From Opitutales bacterium (GTDB lineage Bacteria > Verrucomicrobiota > Verrucomicrobiia > Opitutales > Coraliomargaritaceae), in contig JBMYVL010000003.1 of NCBI GenBank assembly GCA_049606355.1, positions 210,001-242,000 of the forward strand: DNA of 32,000 nt. The letters run 5' to 3'. Below, piece after piece: positions 18,079-25,111 of this stretch (position 1 is its first letter; each line of letters opens with the position of its first letter). Made by a program: the position numbers and the translations under genes. The notes under the pieces were generated by a model, which was not told the DNA's origin, ran no database searches, and saw only the letters and a program-made list of their open reading frames with translations.

Positions 18079-18669
18079 TTACTTAAAATTCCTGAGCATA
18101 AAACGAGCTGAAATAATAGAGTCGGTCGTTTCGATTGAAGCGACCGTCCGTTGTAATTCAGCATCCATCTGAATACTTTTCGTCCAGTTATTTACAGACG
18201 CCACAGGCCCTGGAATTGCCGTAAAACTTCCACCCGGAGTCTGAAAAAAAGTGAGTTTAAACGATCCCACCCCACTGAGCAGCACATCACTTATTGCGGT
18301 GCCATCAACGGTTTGCTCACGCACCAGTTCATCTGCGCTCGCATCATATCGATACTGGACCGTCTTAGTCCCAATATAGTCTGGATAAGTCAGACTAATC
18401 CCATCACTGGAAACCACAGAGCCATCCTCATTCGATGGATTCATCACAGTGATTCCCGACGCACTGCGTACATCTCTCGAAAACAACTCCAAGCCCTTAC
18501 GGCTTTGTGCGCTCATTTCCGAATACAAGCCCACACTTGCGGCACCTTTCAAAAATACTAGAAAAGTACCAGTCAAGGAAGTGAGGACAATGGCAAGAAG
18601 AACCACCGAAACCATCATCTCGACCAAGGTAAAACCAGCGTGGCGCTGCTTAGTTGATGTAATAGTCAT
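18079..18669 (-). CDS. Type II secretion / type IV pilus minor pseudopilin (GspJ/PulJ-like), prepilin-type N-terminal methylation domain
   Basis: 196-aa ORF. Canonical prepilin motif QRHAGFTLVEMMVSVVLLAIVL (G|FTLVE). It overlaps the upstream gene by 20 nt. Confidence 0.8.
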   Translation of the reverse strand: MTITSTKQRHAGFTLVEMMVSVVLLAIVLTSLTGTFLVFLKGAASVGLYSEMSAQSRKGLELFSRDVRSASGITVMNPSNEDGSVVSSDGISLTYPDYIGTKTVQYRYDASADELVREQTVDGTAISDVLLSGVGSFKLTFFQTPGGSFTAIPGPVASVNNWTKSIQMDAELQRTVASIETTDSIISARFMLRNFK

Positions 18670-19087
18670 TCACCCCTTCTTTTGTAAATTCGGTCCTGTA
18701 GGTAACGACTTTGTCCCTACCCCTGATATCACTCCAGGTGACACTCACATCAATCCCGATAAAGTTAGTTCCCAAAGAGCGAATTACAATAGCTCCATCA
18801 TAGGTCCCCGCTCCAAATTGTGACTCAATTTGCTGGTCGAATAAATTTTCAAGTGTTGCAGCATCCAAGCCTGAGAAGGTTTCCCAGGGAAGCGTCCGCA
18901 GCAGCTCGATCTCACTTTGAATCACTTGCGACGCACGCGTATAGTGGCGTGACTCCGTCACTAAGTCATAGCCGCGGTTTATTGCAACAAATGCACCGGC
19001 AATCACTAAGGTAAATACCGCCAAAGCAACCATCACCTCTACCAGCGAAAAAGCCGCTTGCGGCTTGCTCTGTAAACCAGTGCACAT
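18650..19087 (-). CDS. Minor pseudopilin (GspI-like) with a prepilin-like N-terminus carrying Ala instead of Gly at -1
   Basis: 145-aa ORF. The N-terminus is MCTGLQSKPQAAFSLVEVMVALAVFTLVI (AFSLVE plus a hydrophobic helix). The small size is typical of GspI-type pseudopilins. It is the first gene of the three-gene operon. Confidence 0.75.
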   Translation of the reverse strand: MCTGLQSKPQAAFSLVEVMVALAVFTLVIAGAFVAINRGYDLVTESRHYTRASQVIQSEIELLRTLPWETFSGLDAATLENLFDQQIESQFGAGTYDGAIVIRSLGTNFIGIDVSVTWSDIRGRDKVVTYRTEFTKEGVNDYYIN

Positions 19088-19315
19088 CCTAGCTTAAGAT
19101 TAAGCCGAACTCAGTAGTTTGAGGCTACGTAAAAAACCTATCTCACTTACATATACGACTTATTTACATAAATTAAGGGCGGTCTTTCTGAGTAACATGA
19201 GCAGCCCAATGACAAGCACACCAAGGCCCGCAGCGGTGTCGACAGCATCCGCCCACCGATGCGTAAATTTGACGTCGATTCCACCGCCCAATTCGGCTAC
19301 ATCCATCCCTTATCA

Positions 19316-20287
19316 ATGATCATTGCCTCCAATCCACACGAAAGTATCGCGCAGCTCGGTGAGTGCCGTCTGATAGACCGAATTGGACAATGGCTCGGCC
19401 CCGTAAGCCCGCCCTCACCGGAAGGCATCGGCGACGATTGTGCGGTGTTGGAACCGCCACTCAGCGGCAAACAAATCGTGACGACCGATTCAATCAGTTA
19501 CGGGCAGCACTTTGATGACTCGGTCTCGGCAAAAGCCGCAGGGGCGAAGCTCATCAAACGCAACCTCAGCGACATCGCAGCCATGGGCGGCACTCCGGGC
19601 CCCGCAGTGCTCGCGCTACTCATGGGTCCGGACATTTCCATCCTGTGGCTACAGCATTTCTTTGACGGGGTGCGCGAGGTGTGCCGACAGCATGACGTGC
19701 ATCTGGTCGGAGGCGATATCAGCGGCCTCGCCCCCGGCAATTTCTCCGCCGTCCTAACCCTGACCGGCACCACCGCCACCCCGCGCCTCCGCCACACAGC
19801 AGGCTTGGGCGACCACATTTACGTCACCGGTACCCTAGGTGGTAGTATCCTCCAGAAACACTACGCCTTCGAACCACGACTCGCCGAGGGGCGCTGGATC
19901 GCAGCACAGCCAGAATGCAGCGCCATGATGGACCTAACCGATGGCTTAGGGAAAGACCTGCAGGCGCTGCTGCCCGAGGCGTGCAGCGCGGCGATCGAAC
20001 TCACACGCATGCCCATTTCCGAAGACGCGCAGCGACTGGCTCAGAACAACGGCGTGGATCCCATGAAACAGGCCTTTTGCGACGGCGAGGATTACGAACT
20101 GCTCTTCACGATAGCAGCAGACAGTGAGTGCGAGGCCTTTGAGAGGCGCTGGGCGGCCCAATTCCCGAATCTACCCCTCAGCCGCATCGGCACATTCATC
20201 CCCAAGGCCAACCAAGGCGTGTTTATGGACGCCAGCACAAACGCAGTCTTGCCATGGACCCACGGTTTCGAGCATTTGAAGCAGTGA
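19316..20287 (+). CDS. thiL: Thiamine-monophosphate kinase
   Basis: The ORF is open from 19259; I prefer the ATG at 19316 ([23 protein letters not shown]). The AIR-synthase-related fold motif IGDDCAVL is present, along with GGDISG and DGLGKDL segments typical of ThiL. Confidence 0.9.
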   Translation: MIIASNPHESIAQLGECRLIDRIGQWLGPVSPPSPEGIGDDCAVLEPPLSGKQIVTTDSISYGQHFDDSVSAKAAGAKLIKRNLSDIAAMGGTPGPAVLALLMGPDISILWLQHFFDGVREVCRQHDVHLVGGDISGLAPGNFSAVLTLTGTTATPRLRHTAGLGDHIYVTGTLGGSILQKHYAFEPRLAEGRWIAAQPECSAMMDLTDGLGKDLQALLPEACSAAIELTRMPISEDAQRLAQNNGVDPMKQAFCDGEDYELLFTIAADSECEAFERRWAAQFPNLPLSRIGTFIPKANQGVFMDASTNAVLPWTHGFEHLKQ

Positions 20288-20766
20288 TGAGCAGTGGCAC
20301 TGACATTCTCGAACAACTGGAGGCGGGCATCCGCACCGACTCCGCAGAGGCGACCGAACAAGTCGCCCGCGCCCTCGCCGCCCGTGTGCCCGAAAATCAG
20401 GTGTTGGCCTTCCACGGCGACCTCGGGGCCGGCAAGACCACCTTCATCCGCGGGCTCGCGCGCGCCTGGGGCATTCAAGAACCGGTGACCAGTCCAACTT
20501 TCAATCTCTACACACTCTATCAGGGCAATCGCTGTCTCGTCCATTTGGACGCCTATCGACTGGACTCCGGAGCCGATCTCGACAATTTGATGATTGATGA
20601 CTTCCTGCAGTCACCGTGGTGCCTCGCTATCGAGTGGCCGGAACGTATCGCCGACACACTGCCGGACGATACCTGGCACTTCTATTTAGCTATCGACGCG
20701 CAGCAGCACCAGCTACGCCTGGTGCGCGGGTCAACGCGCGCGCAGCAAGCCGCCCGCGGCAATTAA
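20287..20766 (+). CDS. tsaE: tRNA t6A37 biosynthesis ATPase TsaE (YjeE family)
   Basis: The ATG at 20287 overlaps the thiL stop by 1 nt (TGATG), which suggests translational coupling. The P-loop [21 protein letters not shown] and the SPTFNL and HLDAYRL motifs are diagnostic of TsaE. The extension to 20254 in the ORF track is unlikely. Confidence 0.9.
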   Translation: MSSGTDILEQLEAGIRTDSAEATEQVARALAARVPENQVLAFHGDLGAGKTTFIRGLARAWGIQEPVTSPTFNLYTLYQGNRCLVHLDAYRLDSGADLDNLMIDDFLQSPWCLAIEWPERIADTLPDDTWHFYLAIDAQQHQLRLVRGSTRAQQAARGN

Positions 20767-20779
20767 CTTGATATCAAGT
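20766..20779. repeat. 14-bp perfect palindrome ACTTGATATCAAGT between convergent tsaE and marR
   Basis: Read directly from the sequence: ACTTGAT / ATCAAGT. It starts at the last base of the tsaE stop codon and lies 12 nt from the marR stop. Confidence 0.6.
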
Positions 20780-20790
20780 AAATTGAGCCC

Positions 20791-21240
20791 TCAGTGATTC
20801 AAGGACTCGGCGTAGGCACTCAATTTGGCGATGAGTGTGGCAAAATTAGCCCGCTCCGCTTCATCAAAGACCTCAAACAAATGGTCCAACTCCGCGGAAT
20901 GTTCCGCGAAGCTCTGCTCGATTAAAGCCTGCCCGGCTGGCGTGAGTTGCACTAAAACGACACGACCATCCCGCTCATCGCGTGACCGCTGCACCAGCCC
21001 CCTCTTTTCCAAGCGTTGCACCGCAGTCGTGATCGATCCGCTGGTGAGCATGACCCGCTCTCCGATAGTAGTCACGGGCAAGGCACCTTTGTGCAGTAAA
21101 ATTTCCAACACGGCAAAATCCGACAAGGATCTAAAACCCGCACGACGGATGCTGGCCTGATCAAAACGCATGCTGTGGTGGGCCGCCTTCCACAACAGCA
21201 GGAACAAATGGGCGCCGGAATGCTGGTAAATTTTAGCCAT
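20791..21240 (-). CDS. MarR-family transcriptional regulator
   Basis: 149-aa ORF. Size is typical of the family and the winged-helix core is present (LSDFAVLEILLHKGALPVTTIGERVMLTSGSITTAVQRLEKRGLVQRSRDERDGRVVLVQLTPAG). Confidence 0.88.
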   Translation of the reverse strand: MAKIYQHSGAHLFLLLWKAAHHSMRFDQASIRRAGFRSLSDFAVLEILLHKGALPVTTIGERVMLTSGSITTAVQRLEKRGLVQRSRDERDGRVVLVQLTPAGQALIEQSFAEHSAELDHLFEVFDEAERANFATLIAKLSAYAESLNH

Positions 21241-21251
21241 GCACTATCCCT

Positions 21252-21286
21252 GGGGCACAAATAGCTTTACGTCAAGCTAATTGCCC
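21252..21286. promoter_or_regulatory. Nested inverted repeat in the tonB-marR spacer (candidate MarR operator or RNA hairpin)
   Basis: The sequence is GGGGCA caaa TAGCTT tacgtc AAGCTA at TGCCCC. The outer arms are 21252-21257 / 21281-21286 and the inner arms are 21262-21267 / 21274-21279. It lies 12-46 nt upstream of the marR ATG (21240). No U-tract follows on the minus strand. Confidence 0.3.
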
Positions 21287-21307
21287 CGCTGCGTCCTTCC
21301 TTCCGGT

Positions 21308-22021
21308 TTAACGGAGCCGAAATGGCATTCGAAATTGGTGCGTTCTACCGGTTGGCGTGGGGCCAGCGCGCCCCACCCGACGGAATGCAGCTAAAACCGA
21401 TGCATCAAAACTCGTATTACCGGAACTGGAACTGAGGCGCACCTTGGCAATTGCCCCCGAGGGGGAAACCTCAAAATTCACCAGAGCGCTCAATTGGAGC
21501 CCCCCGAGCCCTTCCGGCTGCCGCCAGGCTTGATTCAGCAAAGCCCACAAGCGCGATTGAAATTGCTGCAATGCGCTCACTTGCGCAGCACTTAAGGCCT
21601 GCTGAGGCGTATTACTGGTAATCAATTGCGGCACTTCTAAGGTTGGCGTCGTGAGCCGAGGCCGCTGCGGAGCGCGCACCTGTGGCTGCCTCGGCGCTTG
21701 GATCGGATTCTTTTTAAGAAATTCCGCATGACTGATGATCTTTGGAGCGGGTGGCTCGGAGCGGGGCGCAACTCGCTGCTGTGGCGGTGCAGTCGGCTTT
21801 GGCGTCGGCGGAAGGGTTGGAAGCTCGGGCAACGTCGGTACCTGAGGGCTTGCCGGCACATCGGCAAGGGATGCGGCCGGCGCAAGCGCCACCATCTGAA
21901 ATACATGTGGTTTTGGCTTAGGCCAGAAGGCCTGTACCAGCAGATAAAGAAGAAAAGCAAGGCAAACGGCCAGATGTAAAAGGACCGAGGTCCATAAAGG
22001 TGGAGTGCGCGTCAACCTCAT
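21308..22021 (-). CDS. tonB: TonB-family energy transducer
   Basis: I prefer the ATG at 22021, 4 nt after the exbD stop; the ORF is open to 22066. It has an N-terminal TM anchor (LWTSVLLHLAVCLAFLLYLLV). A long Pro-rich spacer follows (PKPKP...PTLPELPTLPPTPKPTAPP). The C-terminus is TonB_C-like (LVNFEVSPSGAIAKVRLSSSSGNTSFDASVLAAFRRV). Confidence 0.8.
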   Translation of the reverse strand: MRLTRTPPLWTSVLLHLAVCLAFLLYLLVQAFWPKPKPHVFQMVALAPAASLADVPASPQVPTLPELPTLPPTPKPTAPPQQRVAPRSEPPAPKIISHAEFLKKNPIQAPRQPQVRAPQRPRLTTPTLEVPQLITSNTPQQALSAAQVSALQQFQSRLWALLNQAWRQPEGLGGLQLSALVNFEVSPSGAIAKVRLSSSSGNTSFDASVLAAFRRVGRAGPTPTGRTHQFRMPFRLR

Positions 22022-22025
22022 CCCC

Positions 22026-22439
22026 TCACTCAACCTGCGTATCCAAACTGATCTTCGAAAGCTCACGCTGCTTGATCATATCAATTACAGTCACCACTCG
22101 CTGATAGGGCAGCTTGGCATCGGCCCGAATACTAAGGACTGGCGGGTTTGGATCTTGAGCCAAGCCATCCAATAACTCTCCGAGTTGCTGGAGCGACACG
22201 ACCTGTGTCCCCCAAAAATGCTGTCCCTTGGCGTCAATTGAAAGCGATTGAAAGTCGTCGCGCTCCTCCGCCTGTGCTTTGGCTGCTTCAACAGGGAGCT
22301 CCACTTCAATCGTTTGCTCAAGGAGCGGAGTTGTGATCATAAAAATAATCAGGAGCGCAAAAGCGAGGTCGATCAGTGGTGTTACATTGATCTCCGTGAG
22401 TGCCGAAAGGCGGTCTTTGCGGTGAAAATTACGGGCCAT
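22026..22439 (-). CDS. exbD: ExbD/TolR-family biopolymer transport protein
   Basis: 137-aa ORF with the typical EINVTPLIDLAFALLIIFMITTPL TM segment and a periplasmic domain. Confidence 0.9.
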   Translation of the reverse strand: MARNFHRKDRLSALTEINVTPLIDLAFALLIIFMITTPLLEQTIEVELPVEAAKAQAEERDDFQSLSIDAKGQHFWGTQVVSLQQLGELLDGLAQDPNPPVLSIRADAKLPYQRVVTVIDMIKQRELSKISLDTQVE

Positions 22440-22458
22440 GCGCGGTCAGGAAGCTCCG

Positions 22459-23190
22459 TTAATGATTCGCGGCTGCCTGTGCTTCAAGCTCGATGCGGTC
22501 GGCGACAGTACTGGCAAAATTTTCGAGTTCAACAACTGCTATTTTAGTCTGTTGCAGGAGATAATTGTAGCCGAAAACCGAGGGAATCGCCACCACCAGA
22601 CCCGCGACGGTGGTCAACAAAGCACCGGACACGCCGGGAGCTAAGCTCTGTAAACTCGCGGAACCGGAACCCGCCATTCCGCCAAAGGCATCCATCACCC
22701 CCCACACCGTACCCAACAAACCAAGGAAGGGCGCGCCGCTGACGATCGAGCCCAACATCACCATCTTGGTTTCGTAGCGGATGATCTGCTCAGCGACTGA
22801 ACGCTGTATCGCGTTTTCGACATGGCCCATGCGCAAGGAGGCACGGTGTGTGTCGGCGTCCGCCATTGCCCCACCATAGCGGAAAAAGGCCTGCAAGCTC
22901 TCACGCACGATCGCGTAGTAGGGCCCAGCACCTTTGCCGGGGCGTTCGCTATCCAGTGCCAGGAGCTGCCCCTCTTTACTCAGTAGTCGCTCATAACGCT
23001 GATTTTGCGAACGCAAGCGGGAGAGATCCATATACTTGCCCAGCATCACTGACCAAGCGACCACGCTAAAGAGCGCCAAAATCAAAATGATCACCTGCCC
23101 CGCAAAGTTCGACTGAGCAAAATACGTAAACACATTGGGACCTACGGCCGCCTGAAATAGAGGAAGATTCGTCGCTACGCTAAAACTCAT
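22459..23190 (-). CDS. exbB: MotA/TolQ/ExbB-family proton channel
   Basis: 243-aa ORF with three TM segments. The conserved C-terminal core GAPFLGLLGTVWGVMDAF...SLAPGVSGALLTTVAGLVVAIP is present. Confidence 0.9.
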   Translation of the reverse strand: MSFSVATNLPLFQAAVGPNVFTYFAQSNFAGQVIILILALFSVVAWSVMLGKYMDLSRLRSQNQRYERLLSKEGQLLALDSERPGKGAGPYYAIVRESLQAFFRYGGAMADADTHRASLRMGHVENAIQRSVAEQIIRYETKMVMLGSIVSGAPFLGLLGTVWGVMDAFGGMAGSGSASLQSLAPGVSGALLTTVAGLVVAIPSVFGYNYLLQQTKIAVVELENFASTVADRIELEAQAAANH

Positions 23191-23239
23191 AAGTACAACA
23201 CTGTAGGTTTGTAAAATAGACGGTAATTAACACCCCGCG

Positions 23240-23267
23240 TTCAATTTCGTGCCAGCATAAAATTGAA
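23240..23267. promoter_or_regulatory. AT-rich 8-bp inverted repeat in the divergent exbB / kinase promoter region
   Basis: TTCAATTT (23240-23247), a 12-nt spacer, then AAATTGAA (23260-23267). The arms are perfect. Confidence 0.25.
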
Positions 23268-23365
23268 GGATCCCCCTCGGTCCCGCTCGATTTGAATACA
23301 AGCTGACCATTAAAATAGTTTGCCAGCCGGTAAGCGTCGCCTAGACCTAAGCTCAGAACTCATCT

Positions 23366-24475
23366 ATGAACACTTTCCAACAAACAATAAACGAACTGAA
23401 GCAACACGCTGCAGCGGTCAGCAGCAAAAAAGCGCTCGTCGGCATCGATGGCTTTGTCGACAAAATCGTACACCCTGTCGATCAGCGCACGGGGCCCGGC
23501 GACCAGTTTAGCGCGATCCCAACAATCGCTGAATTTGGCGCACGGATCAGCTCTGCTGCGGGTAAAAGCGCCAACATCGAGCTTGCCCCGGTAGTTGAAA
23601 AATTAGGTGGCAATGGCCCGATTATGGCACACGCCCAATGTGCGCACGGGGTTCAAGTACGCTACATTGGTGCCCTCGGCAAACCGGCCATCCATCCGGT
23701 GTTCGAAACATTTGCAGCCGAGACTGACGCCGTTTCAATCACCGAGCCCGGCATCACGCACGCAGCTGAATTCACCGACGGCAAGATCATGTTCGGGTCA
23801 ATGGCGTGCTTAGATGCAATCAACTACGCCAGTATCGTTGATGCCATGGGAGCGGAGGCACTGGCGCAGGCATTTGGCGAAGCCGATGCGATCTCGATGG
23901 TCAACTGGACCATGATTCCGTACTTATCGGAAGTCTTCACCGATTTCTTGGAAAAACTGCTGCCCACCCTACCCGCAAATCCAGAGCGCTTGTTCTTTTT
24001 TGATTTAGCTGACCCAGAAAAACGCTCGCGTGAGGACCTCCGCGAAGTGTTAGCGATCATCGGTAAATTCGAAGCATTCGGCCAAGTGATCCTAGGGCTC
24101 AACTACAGAGAGGCCGAGCAAATCGATACCCTACTTGGTTTTGAGCAACTCGACAAAAACCCTGACAATTTGCAAACCATGGCCGCGCGGATCCGCGAAG
24201 CGCTGCAAGTCAATACCGTTGTAGTCCACCCGGTTGAATGTGCCGTCTGCGCTACTGCATCGGGCACGGACTATGTCAGTGGTCCGCTGTGCGCGAAGCC
24301 CAAGATCACTACGGGAGCCGGCGACCACTTTAATTCGGGCTTTGTCACCGGACGCCTGCTAGGGCTAACACCAGCCGCAGCATTGACTGTGGCGGTCGCC
24401 ACGTCCGGTTACTATGTACGCACTGCCGTCAGCCCCTCACTTAACGAGATCACTGAGTTTATTGCCTCTTGGTGA
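23366..24475 (+). CDS. Ribokinase/PfkB-superfamily carbohydrate kinase, atypical, substrate unknown
   Basis: 369-aa ORF. The C-terminal anion-hole/catalytic motif TTGAGDHFNSGF (GAGD) is present. The N-terminal GIDGFVDKIV and the central FFFDLADP...ILGLNYREAEQI resemble the layout of ADP-dependent and PfkB-like kinases. Confidence 0.75.
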   Translation: MNTFQQTINELKQHAAAVSSKKALVGIDGFVDKIVHPVDQRTGPGDQFSAIPTIAEFGARISSAAGKSANIELAPVVEKLGGNGPIMAHAQCAHGVQVRYIGALGKPAIHPVFETFAAETDAVSITEPGITHAAEFTDGKIMFGSMACLDAINYASIVDAMGAEALAQAFGEADAISMVNWTMIPYLSEVFTDFLEKLLPTLPANPERLFFFDLADPEKRSREDLREVLAIIGKFEAFGQVILGLNYREAEQIDTLLGFEQLDKNPDNLQTMAARIREALQVNTVVVHPVECAVCATASGTDYVSGPLCAKPKITTGAGDHFNSGFVTGRLLGLTPAAALTVAVATSGYYVRTAVSPSLNEITEFIASW

Positions 24476-24481
24476 CCCTGT

Positions 24482-25111
24482 ATGGCCGGACTATTCATCA
24501 GCTTCGAGGGTACTGAAGGTTGCGGCAAATCGACGCAACTCAAAGCGCTGGCGGCGCGCCTGCAAGCTGCGGGGCGAGCCGTCGTGCAAACCCGAGAACC
24601 GGGCGGCACGCCACTGAGTGAAGCCATCCGCCAACTCCTGCAGCACGATCCTGCGGGCGAAGCGATGTGCCCCGAAGCTGAACTGTTGTTGTTTGCCGCC
24701 GCACGAGCACAGCATACCCGCAAGTGTATACAACCGGCATTGGCCGCGAATCAAGTGGTTCTCTGCGACCGATTCATCGATTCGACCACAGTCTATCAGG
24801 GCGTCGCTCGCGCTCTGGCAAGCGATACCGTCGCCGCGATCAATCAATTTGCCATGGGCACGACTCGCCCGGATTTGACCCTGCTGATTGATCTGGCACC
24901 CGAAATCGGCATGGAACGCGTGAAAGCGCGTGGCACCGGCGAGCTCGATCGTATGGAGCGCGAGACTCTGGCATTTTTTCAAGCTGTTCGCGAAGGCTAC
25001 CTCCGCCTTGCCGCCACTGAGCCAAACCGTTTCATCGTTATCGATGGGGACCAAGCCCCTGAAACCCTCGAATCTGAAATCTGGGATGTCGTTACGCAGC
25101 GCCTTACCTGA
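24482..25111 (+). CDS. tmk: Thymidylate kinase
   Basis: 209-aa ORF. The P-loop FISFEGTEGCGKSTQ, the DRF motif (LCDRFIDST) and a LID-region Arg are present. Confidence 0.95.
   Translation: MAGLFISFEGTEGCGKSTQLKALAARLQAAGRAVVQTREPGGTPLSEAIRQLLQHDPAGEAMCPEAELLLFAAARAQHTRKCIQPALAANQVVLCDRFIDSTTVYQGVARALASDTVAAINQFAMGTTRPDLTLLIDLAPEIGMERVKARGTGELDRMERETLAFFQAVREGYLRLAATEPNRFIVIDGDQAPETLESEIWDVVTQRLT

Noticed and set aside
16668-19087. Lower GC content of the pseudopilin operon as evidence for horizontal acquisition
   Set aside because: Hand counts on sample 60-nt lines give about 47-53% GC here against about 67% in one thiL line. A line in the clearly native-looking glgA gene also gives about 47%. 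Composition is heterogeneous across the window, and there are no flanking tRNA, integrase or direct repeats. That is not enough to call an island.
20092-20544. 150-aa minus-strand ORF across the thiL/tsaE junction
   Set aside because: It is antisense to two well-supported genes and has no motifs. It is a shadow ORF.
23191-23365. Fur box upstream of exbB
   Set aside because: I looked for a GATAATGATAATCATTATC-like 19-mer, because Ton systems are often Fur-regulated. Nothing resembling it is present. Only the TTCAATTT/AAATTGAA inverted repeat, reported separately, was found.
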